Source: Yuukianura sp. NJ FZ-2021
Taxonomy: Eukaryota
Assembly (NCBI GenBank): GCA_046563655.1
Contig: CM102287.1
Location: 2,356,001-2,420,000, forward strand
Reading direction: 5' to 3'
DNA length: 64,000 bases
Shown here: piece by piece, positions 13,355 through 26,900 of the stretch
How the letters are laid out: every line of letters starts with the position of its first letter
Numbering within the stretch: the stretch's first letter is position 1
Notes under the pieces: generated by a model
What the model saw: the letters and a program-made list of their open reading frames with translations, nothing else
What the model was told of the DNA's origin: nothing
Database searches by the model: none
Translations under genes and position numbers: made by a program

Positions 13355-14752
13355 CACTTATCGTCTTCAAACGGTCCCTGGAGTGCTGAAACCAAAAATG
13401 CTGTCAGCACATTCCAAATTCAAATCAAGTTCAGTTAATTTGTGCTTACCAAAAGAATAATCGGTGAGATTGGCAACAATTCGGAGAGCGTCGGACGTCG
13501 GTGTGAAGCTCAACTGCGGACGACGGAAGCGACTTACTCGAAATTCGGAGGGCGGACTTTCTTGCTGCGGTTGTTAGGCTGTATAACTCTTGTTTACATC
13601 TCAAATTTTCATAAAAACCAAGACTGTTGCCATGGAAACATGAAATTTTTAATTTCAAAAATATATTCGAAAAGCTGAAATGACATGAATTCTCGGGATT
13701 TTCTTGTGATTGGCGTTTTGGTTGAAACTGGATTAGAAAAATAGGACGCAGAAATTCCTGTGACTAAAGTGGGCTTTCCATGTCGCAGTAAAAGTTAAGT
13801 CTCAACTTGACCTCAACAATTTACATCCATCGCACAACAAAATACGTGATGATGAAGAGCTAAAAACAGGAATTTAGAAATTAGTAGAATTGAGATTTTA
13901 TATTTTTTAAATTATCAAGAGTTGTTTTTCTAAATTGTGGAGCAGCGTCTGTAAATGGAGATTTTGGAATCCAAGATTAGTTGAGTTTTCATTGAGCAAA
14001 TAAAGCGAAGATTGAAGAGGTTTGTTTAAAAAGTTAATCTTGAGATGTAGAATTGTGAAATCCGAAGTTGTCATGCTGTTGGTCACTGCTTCACAAAGGT
14101 CACTTCCAAAGGTCACAATTGACGGATACTTGAAGGAATTAGTCATCAAACAAGAGCATATTTCTCAAAAACTTCCGATCTTCAAAGTGTCAATTCAAGG
14201 TCAGCCTCATGCTGTCAAATTTGCGTTGTTACCAAAGTCAATCACCAGTTCCTACAAATTCCTTATTTTGTTTGAAAAATGTTCAAAAACTTTTCTTGAA
14301 AAACGCTATCTGAAAGCGTCTGTATTTTAGACGATGTATACTTTGACCCTGAGAATTGACGAAATTGAGCCGATAGCCTTGCAAGGTTGTGCGGCTGACA
14401 TTATTGGCCAAGCGATGATGTTCTTATCCTATTTTTTTAAATGTAATGTCTATTCGTCTCGGAAATTTCCAGAGATGAGGTAAGATTTATTGAAGCGTCG
14501 TGACCCCGTGACCTCTCCATGTCCAGATTCTGATGCAAACTTCTAGAAAGTACCATAATTTGTACGATTCAGCATTTTTAGAAAAGAATGGAGAGTAAAG
14601 AAGACTTCGTGGATGTTGCAACCGGATCTGCAACAGACGCACCCGGACCAAGTTTGGACTTTGGTGGGTGTTCGTGTTGACTGAAAGAGGAGGAGCCAGA
14701 AGATGGTGGAGAGTGTTGCTATGCAGAGTGGAGATGAAGTTGGGAGATCAGT

Positions 14753-14765
14753 TGACCTTTGACCT
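14753..14765 (-). promoter_or_regulatory. Perfect DR1 element (AGGTCAAAGGTCA) ~140 bp upstream of the LLTP paralog 2 start codon
   Basis: TGACCTTTGACCT on the + strand, with additional half-sites nearby (14097, 14110, 14510). Confidence 0.5.
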
Positions 14766-14906
14766 CTGGAGACCTTGAGAGACGCTCACAAAAGAGAGGG
14801 TGGCAGTGGCAGTGGCTTTCAGTTGGCTCCCGACCTCCATCGGTGGCTCACTTCCCTCTCTGGTCACTAATTGATTAGTTCACACAAGAACTAATTAGTT
14901 CAAACC

Positions 14907-17900
14907 ATGAACGCCCTCTTCGCAACTTGCGTCTTCGGTAAAACCATTTTCACTCGCTCTCAAAAGTTCAGAAAAGAAAAGAATTTTAAAATTTTTTGAA
15001 AATTGAGTTTTCCTATTTGAGGTTAGACGCCATGTGAAATTAAAAAGAAAGCTTCTGTAGTTTCAACATTTTCTGCTTCTCTGAAACTTTTAATTTTTCA
15101 TACGGCGTCTACATTTAACAATTAAAATTTTCAATTTCAATTTTATTTTAGTTTTTTTTTATTCTGTTTTTCAAAGCGTTGATTTAAATTTATAGAATTC
15201 TGAGAAAAATACAACCGTGGTGCTAAATGTAGAGAAAACTGAATCTGTAAAGGAATGCTAAGAAAAATTTTGCAATTTCTTAAAGGCACAGGGATTTTGT
15301 GAGGAGAGTGACAGAGTGAGAGAAAGAAAAAAGAATTGTCCAGTTTGTAGCTCCTCGAAGCCAAAACCAAAATAATTTTCACTTTTTCTCCAACTTTACC
15401 TCACTTTATTTTTAGAAAGTTGACTTTAATTTTAATTTTTATTCCAATTCAATTATATTTCTAAGTTAATTAATTGTGGTATCGTTGTAGGTTTGGTGGC
15501 GTATGCCTGTGGAGCGTACATTGCTCCAGGAAAGGAGTATGTCTACCAGTACGAGACTTCAGTTGCCGCTGGATCAGAAGACTACGTCTCCTTCGCCTCT
15601 GTGTTCAACGTCACTGGCAAACTGCGTGTCCAGAAGGTTGACCCCACCCTCCTCACGATCAAACTGGAAGAGTTGCAGTATGCTTCGTACAACGGTGAAT
15701 ATGCTCCGCTCAACAAGCCAGTCACTGCATCCAAGGCCTACCAGCAGCTCAACCCACTCATGGAACCAGTCCACATCAAGCTCAACGCAAACAACTTGGT
15801 CCACTCCATCATCCTCTCCGGAAATGTACCCGAATGGGCTAGGAACATCCACAGAGGCATTGCCACCTCATTCCAACTGGACACTGAACGGGCAACGTCT
15901 GGACAAGAGACCAACTTCGAAGTGGAAGAGGTACAGTTAGCTAAAGTTCAGTATTTTAGACTTTTTAGAATACTTTTTAACCTCTGACCTTTGTTCTCCA
16001 GAAAACTGTCCTTGGTGAGTGTAACACTGTCCACCAAATCGTCAAGTCCGAGGGATCAGTTGAAGTTCGCAAACAGCGTAACCATGCCAAATGCCAAAAC
16101 AATCCCACCCGTGTCCTCCGACCGGGAACTTTCGCCTTGCCATGCCAGGACAAAAATACCCGGGTAACATACAGCACAAATGAATTTGCTTATGAAATCA
16201 GCTCAGCATCTTAACGTAAGCTTTTCATTTGTTGCAGGATGTTTACAACTCTTCTGGATACGGAGTTTACGTCGTGTCCAAGTTCAACGGTGGAGAGCTC
16301 GCCCTCACCAACGTCCGAGTTGGCAGTGGACTTTTGTACAGTGTCTTTGGATCCAAGGGTCACATCCAGTTCTCATGGGCCAGGTAAGCCCTTTGTCTCG
16401 TACAATTTATGCCAGCATAGCATCTATTCCGGTGGATTTCATTCCAAATATTAATCTTTGTTGTAACATTCCAGCACTGCAGCGAAGCTTCTGGAGATCA
16501 AGACTTCAGGATTCAGCAAAATCGGAGCTCCTTCAAACCCACAAACTTTCGACAACTTGAGATACGTTTATGAGTCGACGATTGGTGCTGACGATTCTCT
16601 GGAGATCCCGAGTCCATTCTTCTCTCACTACGCCCACTCCATCTCAGACGAAGGAGTGTTGAAGGGAATCGCTGACAAGGTCTACGAAGATGTCAAGAAA
16701 CTGGCAGATACCTTTGAAACCACAAATGTCTACGACGACATTGAGCAATTCCACAAGGTCACTCCATTCTCCATCATCCCGGCTGTCTCTGTTCTGCCAT
16801 ACGCCAACCTCAAGGCTCTCAACGATCGATTCAAGGGAGACAACAAGTACTCAACACAGTAAGTTTTTACATAAAATAATCATTAAAAATTATAAATTAC
16901 GTAAAATATAACAAATAATGGATGTATTTGTAGCAAAATCTTCTTGGACGCTCTTGTTGTTGCTGGCACTGGCCCATCCGCTCTGCTTGTACGAGACATC
17001 GTGCAGTCCGAACCTGATGCCCGAATTACTGCCAACTTGATTGCTCCACTTCCCAACTACGTTCGCAATCCAACTGAGAAGCTTTTGGACGAATTCGAAG
17101 GACTCATCAAACCAGATCTCCCAAAACACAACCTTCGCATCATTGAATTCGCTTTTGCTTCACTCATCCACCGAACTTGTACGCAGTACGAGTGCAAGAA
17201 GGGACATGTCGCCAAATACGTCAAGTACTTCAGCGACAAATACGACAGTAAGCTCAACTCACAATATTTACAACTTATGTTAAAAGTTTAATTTCAAATG
17301 CTAAATGTTTGTTTTTAAGATGGTGCCACATTTGAGGACAAGACTGTTGCTGTTGCTGCATTGACCAACTTGGGTCTTGGAGAAGCCAAAGCCAAGCTCA
17401 TTTCCATTGTTGCCGATCGCACCGCTGATCGTTCTGTTCGAGTTTTTGCAATGGCTGGTCTTCACGGTGCTACGCAAAAGGAAGCCAGAGAGACACTTTT
17501 GCCAATCTTCTACGACAAATCCAACCACCACGAATTGAGAACGAAGGCTGCCGTCTTCTACGTCGTTCACCACTACGATCACACCAATGTTCAACAAATG
17601 GTTCTCTCACTCTGGACTGATCGCTGCAAGTATGTCAAGAACTTCATGTACACTCTGCTCGAAGGACTCGCTTACACCACCAGCCCATGCCTCGCCACCA
17701 AGTAAGCATTTCAAATTACTTTTTCTAAATTCTAAAATATAGTGCTTTTCAAAATTTCAATTCTTATTTGATTTTATTAAACTTTTTAGGGGCTCGTACG
17801 CAAGGAATCTGTTGGCCATGTTCCCACCATGGACGCTCGACCGAACGCTTTCTGCCAACTACATCCGAGACTTCAACGATCCTCAATTCAACTTTGGACA

Positions 17901-20900
17901 TGAAACGCTTTTTAACATTCAAAAGGACGGAGACTCAGTGTTCCCAACCACCGTCTACGGAAGTCTCAAGGGACACATCGCAGGCTACGGAGCTTCTTAC
18001 TTGTCGGTAGGAACCCATTTTCAAAAAAAGCAGCATATTTTAAGTGTTTTGATGATTTTTTAACATTTTGTTGTTGTTTTTCTCAGTTTTTCGTGAGAAT
18101 CGAGGGATTGGGCAAGGCTCTGGCTGACCGCCTCATGTCAATGACCACTGGCCAAATCAACTTTGACGATGTGAAGTCCGTCTTCTCCAAGATTGGCGTC
18201 CAAGGTCGCACTTCCACTCCACTCAGAATCGAACTGGCGCTGTTCCTCCACAACAAGATTGTTGCCTACCACGCCGCTGATGCTTCCACCGTGACGACCG
18301 TTCCACAGTTGCTCAAGAAATTGCAAGAAATGAAGAGTTCTTATGACGTTGAACTGTCCAGAATGTTCCTTCTCGGAGGAGTCAGAATTGAACAACCAAC
18401 GGAATTCGGAAACCCAATCTCCGTCTTCTCTTCTCTCTCCGCCATGGGCAATGTCCAGATCAAGACAAACCGCGAAAAATCTGGAACTTCAATTTCTCAA
18501 ACAACCGACTGGAACATTCAGTATGTCAAAACTAAAATTTTAATTTTCTTAAAAATCAAAAACATTTTCTAAAATTGTTGTTTTCTTTAAATAGGGGTGG
18601 CTTCTTCGGATTGTCCCGAGTTGGAAACCACTTCCCAGCTTTCGGAACTGTCCACGCCGTCGCTGCTGCCAGAACTCTGCGATCCCGTATTCCACGCAAA
18701 TTCAACTTGAACGTTGACTACAAACAGTTGTCTGTGAACTTTGGCATCGAAACTCCAACCAAAGAAGGTAAGGCACAGTTTTTTCAAAAGTTTTTCAAAA
18801 GTATTTTGAAAATAACACGAACATTTGGGTTGTTTAGATCCAGTTATGATCCAAACCCATGCCACCGCCTTCACTTACGTTGCAAATGACAACAAATTGC
18901 ACGACAACACCGAGGCTCATGACCAACTCCGAGCTTCCTGCGCAACTTGCAAGCCACTCGCCACAATTTCCAAGGGAGAACAGCACCGTGGATCCGTAAG
19001 TCCAAGTTTTTCTTGTACCACCGCGTGCTGACTTTTTCCCAACTTTTTAACACTGTTTTTTTTTTATTGCAGCGCCAAATCGCCATTCCGGAAGTGTCCA
19101 AATTCAAAATCTTCGAGGGAGTTAAGCGAGGAGCCAAATACTTTGACTGTGAGAAGCCACATTCCCGTTACGACACCATCAAGCGTCTCTTGAAATTCAT
19201 CAATGAAGACAACATGAACGCCGGAAAGTTGCCAATCTCCAGACTGTTGTTGGCTTTGCAGTACGCACGAGACTACATGTTCCTCTCCCCAACCACTCAC
19301 ACTTGTGGAATCAAAGCTTACTACCACAGAGATCCAGAAGCCAAGAGCATCTTTGAAAAGGTGATTTTTTGAAAAAATTTTTTTTGAAAAAGTAATTTCC
19401 ATTTTTTAAAATTTTGAAACTTGAAAGCTAAAGTTTTTTCAATTTGCAGGTCGATGCCAACTTCCGAGTGAAGTACACTGGAGATCCAAACAAGAAGTTG
19501 GGCACAAAAGTGCAATTCAAGGGAGCCCTCAACTTCAAACACGGTGGAGCTGAACCACAAACTCGCACTGTTGATGTGAGCGGTCAAGTTGTTTTGGCTG
19601 GTCTTGACAAGCGGGATGTGAAACTTCGATTCTTGGCCAAGGATGAAGCTACCCAGAAGAACATCGTTCTCTGCCTCGAAACCTCCACGCAACTCAAGAA
19701 ACCAGTTGACTTCTTCGGCTATGAGGGTGAAAACGAACCAGGATTTGAGCGGAAGATGATGTTGAAGTGGGGTCCAGAACCAGCAGGAAAAGAAGCCTGT
19801 CCAGAAAACGAAGCTTACATCAAGACTACCCGCAAAGCTCACCGATCTCTGGAACAAGTTGAGGAATCCAAGGGAAATGGATGGCCATACAAGGAGTGTC
19901 GTGAACAGAAGGGATCTGCACACTGGCCAGGATCAACCACACCACCATCACACGAATGCATGCAGGCTGCCATTGACCAAACCAACCTTCGCGAAAGCAA
20001 CATCACCATTGAATACCAAGTAAGCTGAGCCATTTTAGCAGAAAAACTTACATGCAAATTGTCCACAAAACTTGCAATTTTTCTAGAGAATTTCAAACCG
20101 AAAACTAATTTTATTTTTAGGTTGACGTTGAAGCTCGCAATCGCTGGAAGAAACCAGCTGTAGCTATCGCTGCTCTTCTTGTTCCATACTGGGATGTGGA
20201 TCGCTCCACTGCTGCTGCTCATGCTCATGCCAGTCATGCTGAACACACTCCTGGATCCAAGTATGTCAAGGGATCAGTTGAAATCGACGTGTCACTTCGC
20301 AAGGTCAACCCAACTTTGGACATTCACTGGCACGCTAGTCACGGAGAAGAACATTTCCACAATGTTGACCTCGCTGCTCTTCCAGGACCACTCAAAGTCC
20401 AACCAGTCTTCTCTCGATTCTCGCCATTCTTCTACGAAGCATTTTCTCTCGGATTCTTTGGATACTGCGCAGCATCCGAAAACTCAGTCATTACCTTCGA
20501 CAACTACACCTACCACGGAGCTCTTTCTGATTGCCCAACACTTTTGGCTGGAGACTGCGATGACAAGCCAAGGTTTGCTGTTCTCACTCGCAAGATTGGT
20601 GCTGGCAAGATCGTAAGTTTCCAAATTTCAAAATTTTCACAATTTCAAACTTTAGTCTTGCAACTGGAACAACATTTTCTGTTGTTTTTTAGGGATTGAG
20701 CGTTTACCTTGGTGAACACAAGCTTGAACTGGAGGACCTGAACACTGTCAAGGTCGACGGAAAACCACAACCAGCCTCTGATACCATCTACACTGATGAA
20801 GGCGAAGAGAAACTGTTCAAGTAAGTTCAAAAACGTTTTCAAAACGTTTTTCAAAATTGCAAACTGGACTAATTTCTAAATTTTGTTTTTAGATTTGTGA

Positions 20901-21163
20901 AGGTCAACCCAACCTACGTCGGAATCATCGCTGAGAAATTGGGATTGTACATCGGTTACACTGGATCTGCTGCCACTGTGACTGCTGGAACTCGCTACCG
21001 TTCCACAACCTGCGGTCTCTGCGGTAACTTTGACTCCAACCCACACAACGACATGATTGGTCCAGACAATGTCTGCAAGATCACCGGAGCTGACAACATG
21101 ATCAAGGCCTACACCGTTCGTGACGGACAGTGCTCAGGAGTCGGAAGTGCCTGCCCAGCCTAA
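14907..21163 (+). CDS. Large lipid transfer protein (vitellogenin / clottable-protein-like) paralog 2; 16 exons
   Basis: MNALFATCVFG|LVAYACGAYIAPGKEYVYQY; Vitellogenin_N motifs (PEWARNIHRGIATSFQL, KTVLGECNT); vWD (VITFDN...CPTLLAGDC, TCGLCGNFD). Strong C-ending codon bias suggests high expression. Confidence 0.9.
15024..15111. mobile_element. ~90-bp MITE-like element (GACGCCA-TIR family) in intron 1 of LLTP paralog 2
   Basis: TAGACGCCATGTGAAATTAAAAAG ... CTTTTAATTTTTCATACGGCGTCTA; TA at both ends. Confidence 0.65.
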
Positions 21164-21534
21164 ATCTGATGTTGACATTTGACTAAAGTTAACTTTTTCT
21201 CTTTGTGGACCTGTATTAACAAACACTTTTGTAAAATGTCACCTCATCAAGTTAAATAAAACAATCTTCTTCAATCTCTAAAAAATAACTCTTGAGGTTT
21301 GAGCAGCGTCATTTTTCTCAAACGAGATCAAGTGGTAGATAATTTGTGTTCTAAAACTTTAAAAAATATGGAAATATACTCAGAGGAAGCGTAATAAACT
21401 CTATTTGATTATATGTTTCCTAAAATGTGCGCTGGAGCGATAGAAATCGCTGAAAAGTTGAATTTTTTAAAGGTTTCCATAAAGGAATGCAGGGAGGGAG
21501 TCGATTCGGATATGTGAAGAAATTTCAGAATTCT

Positions 21535-21612
21535 ATGCGGGGATTATGCGAATCGAAAAGGTTCCTCGCTTTTCGCCGGATTAAAAGGCGGGAATACAAA
21601 TTTGAATTTGAG
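21535..21612 (+). promoter_or_regulatory. Diverged copy of the PSMG2/NOSIP upstream module (ATGCGGNGATTATGCGAA ... GGCGGGAA ... TTTGAATTTGA)
   Basis: Matches the reverse complement of 60507-60615 in two blocks, in the same orientation relative to the downstream gene (PSMA2). Confidence 0.5.
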
Positions 21613-22009
21613 TCACGTGACGATGATTGAGAATTTTTGAACTACACAAAAAGTCTCACTGTAACACAAAACTACTTCCCACAGTTGAGCAGCTTCAAAT
21701 AATTAATTAATTGTTATTAACTGAAACTTTTAACTTTTATTAATAATTATAATTGTACAAATGTGTAATATTTTATAAAATATTTAGAAAAATAAAACTT
21801 CATTTATAATACAAGAACTCTAAAGAGTCTACTAATTTAAAAAATACTTTTTATGGTGCCCGTATGTGACTTATCGGAGACACGTATGTAGTTTATCCGA
21901 GGCTGTTTATAAGACCGACGAAATTAAGCTTCGCCGTTTTTTCAATTTTTTTTATTCACTTATTGACTTACTATGCTAGGAGCAGCAACTAAAGTTTATT
22001 TCCTGGCAA

Positions 22010-22033
22010 ATTATTATTATTATTATTATTATT
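22010..22033. repeat. (ATT)n microsatellite
   Basis: attattattattattattattatt. Confidence 0.85.
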
Positions 22034-22377
22034 TCACAATAATCAATAATTAATAATTATTTAATTTAATCCTATATATACTATTATAACTATAACATTG
22101 TTATCAACGGCCAATATCTGTTAAAATCTGATCAATTAACCCTGCTTATTACATTCACAGAAGGAGCAGACACTCGAAGAACCCTGTTTCGTAAAAATCA
22201 GGTTTTTGAATCATTATCTATCATTATTCTCTAATTTTGACAAGACAACCTCTATGTTTTGCTTCAATTGTTTCATCTGACATGTCCGCATCTTTCGTCT
22301 TTGGTTTCATCTTTGTACTCGAACGTATAAAGTTATGATTTGATACTTGATGTCTTATTTTGTTGCAGGACTAAGAA

Positions 22378-23157
22378 ATGGCAGGCACTTCTGAAAGGTA
22401 CAGTTTCTCACTAACAACATTCAGTCCGTCTGGAAAGCTGGTTCAAATTGAGTATGCTTTGAGTGCAGTAGCCTCAGGTGCTCCTACCATTGGGATCAAA
22501 GGTAATCAACTCACATTTCAAACGATCGGTTTACGTATGAGGTCCACAATTAACCGTGAACTCGTGTTTTTAGCCACCAACGGAGTCGTACTGGCTACTG
22601 AGAAGAAGCACAAGTCTTTTCTGTGTGATGAAACAAGTGTTTGGAAGATTGAATCAATTACTCCTCATATTGGAATGTGTTACAGTGGAATGGGCCCAGA
22701 CTACCGCCTACTCGTCAAGAATGCTCGCAAGGCGGCCCAAACGTATCTTCTGCAGTATGGAGAGGAAATTCCTACGATTCAGTTGGTTCAACGTGTAGCA
22801 AATGTCATGCAGGAGTATACTCATTCTGGAGGAGTGCGACCGTTCGGAGTGTCGCTTTTGATTTGTGGCTGGGATAATGGAAAGCCCGCTCTGGTTCAGT
22901 GTGATCCTTCTGGTTCATTTTTCCCTTGGAAAGCGACTGCAATGGGCAAAAACTACATTACTGGAAAAACGTTTTTGGAGAAGCGCTACAGTGCAGACAT
23001 TGAGCTGCAGGATGCAATTCACACAGCCATTTTGGCACTCAAAGAGAGTTTCGAGGGTCAAATGACTGCTGAGAACATTGAGCTGGGGTTGGTCACTGAA
23101 AGAGGATTCCGTCGGCTCACGGTTCAAGAGGTTCAGGATTACTTGGCTAACGTTTAA
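22378..23157 (+). CDS. PSMA2: 20S proteasome subunit alpha-2; one 72-nt intron (22502-22573)
   Basis: [61 protein letters not shown]; ~235 aa after splicing. Confidence 0.97.
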   Translation: MAGTSERYSFSLTTFSPSGKLVQIEYALSAVASGAPTIGIKGNQLTFQTIGLRMRSTINRELVFLATNGVVLATEKKHKSFLCDETSVWKIESITPHIGMCYSGMGPDYRLLVKNARKAAQTYLLQYGEEIPTIQLVQRVANVMQEYTHSGGVRPFGVSLLICGWDNGKPALVQCDPSGSFFPWKATAMGKNYITGKTFLEKRYSADIELQDAIHTAILALKESFEGQMTAENIELGLVTERGFRRLTVQEVQDYLANV

Positions 23158-23276
23158 AACAAAAAAAACAAACAACGTGGGTTAGTAATTGAATAATTGA
23201 TTACAACTATAAATCAAAAAATAATAATTATTGATACTTCAATATTAGCAATTTATAATAATTGAATATATGTAAT

Positions 23277-23404
23277 AATTGAGTAAGTCAATCTGAAACC
23301 GGTAAATACCAAGTCTCCCCAGCACCTACAGATATTCCGAAGGGTTGTCATAAGGGCTGACCCTTCACTTGGCATTTTCCGGTTTCAGATTGACTTCCTC
23401 AATT
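23277..23404. repeat. 128-bp hairpin / MITE-like element with 38-bp inverted repeats
   Basis: AATTGAGTAAGTCAATCTGAAACCGGTAAATACCAAGT vs ACTTGGCATTTTCCGGTTTCAGATTGACTTCCTCAATT (3 mismatches in 38). Confidence 0.85.
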
Positions 23405-23949
23405 AATATTCAATTAATTAACAATTAATAATAATTGTTAATAATTAATAACAATAAAATAATAAAAATGTCATTTGAAGGCTCTTCTCTTTCAAAATCC
23501 CTCCGTAGCCTCTCTTCTTATTTATCTACCATCTGACTAGTAATTTACTAGTATAAATCTAAAGGTTTTTAATTAATTAGTTTTGAAAGTGGATGAATTG
23601 AGTAATTTGAAAGTATTATTAATAGATATTGTATTGCTTCCACATTGTTCAATAATTTTTTTTTGTTTTATGTCATTTTTTCAGGTGCTGGATTTTTTTT
23701 ATTTTTTGAACGGCGCGGAGGGAGAGCAAGTGAAACAACGTGCGAACACAAAATCACATTTTCTTCATGTTTCTCAACAACGTTGTTTTTAATTTTGTTT
23801 TTCTTACAAGTGCCTGTTAGTTTTAACGATTAGTAATTGAATCCTGCATAGTTCTTAACTATAACGGAAGACCTTTGACCTGTGACTGTGTGTGTAGTTG
23901 ACCTTTTGGTCCATCTCCTCTCTGCAACTATCATCATTTCGTAGCCGGC

Positions 23950-26900
23950 ATGTCGACATCAGAAAAGAGGGGGAATGACCTTCTGGATCTTCTTGGAATC
24001 AAGGACAATCAATTGGTAAGTTGGAATTGGCATAAATTCATCAGTAATCATGGTTATCATTCCTTAGTTAACTTAATTAGGTTACAATCGATAAGCAGCT
24101 GGAGGTAAAGTACTAACAACTGATTTGTTTTAGGATTGGAGAGACGTTGCGAACATATCATCTACATCCACCTTCATCAATAAGCTGTCACGTCTCATCA
24201 CACTGCCGAGATGGACAGAAGAAGTTGCAAGTACTTTTCCAGCACTGCTGGGTTCCATACTGGACGAAAGTTACACAAAGGAATACGAACAAGTGAGGAA
24301 CGAAGAATCGAAGTTGTCATACAAGTTCAGCATTACAGTAGCCTTGAGCAAACTCATCAGAATCCATCCGTCGGCCCTACAGTAAGTTAACCAGTCATTC
24401 AACTTACTAATCATCAAAGTTAACCCATCATTGAACAACTTGATTGATGTTTCTAGGTTCGCCGAGATGCTGTTTCCAAGATGTGGTTCTCCGCTTTCGT
24501 GTCTTTCAGCATTAGTAGACAAGTCAAGTCCAAGTGTATCTAAAAGACCGAGACGACAAAGTGTCGAGTACACAGCTGAAGACGCAAATACGCTACTGCA
24601 GGCAGTGTTGATTTTACTCAAAGTATTGCCAGTACATATAACCAGAGAGTGGCCCTTGATGTCTTTCCTTGATTTGCTCAAAATTGGTGACAAGATATTG
24701 ACTTGGTGAGTCCCTATTATAAAAGTGCCTTGTAACTACAATTTTGATGATTATTTAGTGTTCCTGATCTTAATCGTTCAAATTTTGTGATAGGCTGGCT
24801 TTACAATGCGTCGGAGTTATTCTGAAATTCAGCGACGATGAGCTGGGAAACTTGAAGCTCAAACACGGAATTGATTCATCAGACGATTTGTTATTTTCGC
24901 TACAATTTCAATCAACATTTGATTCATGTGGAGACTATCCAGGATCCGGTGCTGCTACAATTCTCACTACAGAAAACGGTAAGCGATCCTTATATTTGTC
25001 AGAAATTAGTTTTAAAAACTGTGCTTTTCATAAATACATAGGTGATTTATGTTTTATTTTTGCAGGAATCGTTCGTTTTCCTGGATCTTTAGTGTCTGTT
25101 GCTGGTACTCTTGTGAAAACTGGATCCAGTGAAACTGTTCGTCCACCGCCAGCTGACCAATCGTCCGATGGAAGTGTAGTTCAGTTGAGTTCTACAGTGT
25201 CCTACATACGTGAAATCGCCCTGTCACTCTCTTCAAAGTTTTGTCCAGTTTGTCTCGTTGGGCCCATCGGAAGTGGAAAATCAACCTTGATCAAGTACAC
25301 TGCAAGTCTCTTCGGAAGAGACTCTTATCCCCAGTTCATCTCAGTTCAAATGAGTGACCAAATCGACTCTCGACTTCTGCTTGGTTCCTACCATTCTACT
25401 GACCTCCCTGGACAATTTGTGTGGAAACCAGGATCCTTAACAAAAGCAGTTCTCAAGGGATACTGGATTGTGCTGGAAGATGTTGATTCAGCTCCAGCAG
25501 ACGTTTTAGCACTTTTCGATGGTCTCATTGAGACACACAAGTTATCTGTTCCAGGATACGGTGACATTGAAAGCATTCATCCCGGTTTTCGTGTTTTCGC
25601 GACGTGCAGAACACAGGTAAGAAATCACTTCTCTCTTCAAAACTTTAGGTTTTATTTAAGTGTATTTTAGATTTTTAGAAAAGGTGAACTTTACAAACGT
25701 TTTTGGAACGTATTTTTGTGGTGATAGGCTGGAAAGAGAAGCGTCAAGTTAGGAAAACAATGGAAACGGATAATGGTGGATTCCATGAGTTCAGAGGAAA
25801 TGAAATTGTTAATTTCTCAAAATTTTCTACACTTGAAACCACTGGCTGATCGCTTCATTGGGATTTTCGAAGCAGTTGTGTCTTTTCAATCAGATGCTGG
25901 CGGTAGGAATGCTCGCGTCGTTTCGCTGAGGTTAGTTTAATAATTTTCAAGCGTTTTTTCAAAATAATTTTTATATTTTTGTCAAATTCTGGAATTATGA
26001 TGCCCTTTTTCATGTGTTCAGGGATTTTTTAAAATTCTGCCGACGTATACCTTCTACGCTGGACTTAACTCAGACACATGCTGCAATTGTGATTTTCCAA
26101 GAAGCTTGTGCTCTTTTCATCAATTCTTTTCCAAATCCAGGTACGTTTTTTCAAAATTCTCCTATTCTGAAATTTAAATCCTGAAATTTGGTTCGTTATT
26201 ACTATTACTTTTGTAGAGACAAGACAAGAAGTAGCTGAGATCATTGGGACACAACTGAATTTGCTTCGTGCCAAGGCTGAATACTTTTGTACAACGTATA
26301 AACCACACGTCAACATTTGCACCAACACTTCAGTTCTCACGGCTGGTCGCTACTCTATTCCAATGCTCAAGCCAATTCTGAATTCAAAACGGTAAGTATT
26401 AGGAATTCAGATTTTCAGAAATGACCATTTTTTAGAAAGGTTTTTTTTTATATAGAAATGCTGCGGGGGTGTTTTCTCTGACGAAGAAAGCATGTAACTT
26501 GATGGAGACGTTGGCTGGAAGTGTGTTGAGTGGAGAGCCAGTGCTGCTGATTGGTGAGACTGGTGTTGGGAAGACGTCTTGTGTCCAGTTCCTTGCAAAT
26601 GTCCTACAGCAGAAACTCATTGTGGTCAATCTCAATCGACAAAGCGATTCTGGAGACTTGCTCGGAGGGTAAGCACACAAAAAGAGTTTAAAAGTTTAAT
26701 AATCAGCGCGCTGATCACCGCTGCAGCGATATATAATGATTATTTTTTGATTTTTTCCAGTTATAAGCCCGTGGAGCTCAAGTACATTTTTAAACCAATT
26801 CGAGAGGAATTTGAGAGTCTTTTCATCGATTCATTTGACCAAGATGCCAATTCCAAGTTCTTGGGTCACATCATGACCTGCTATGCGAATCGTCGCTGGA

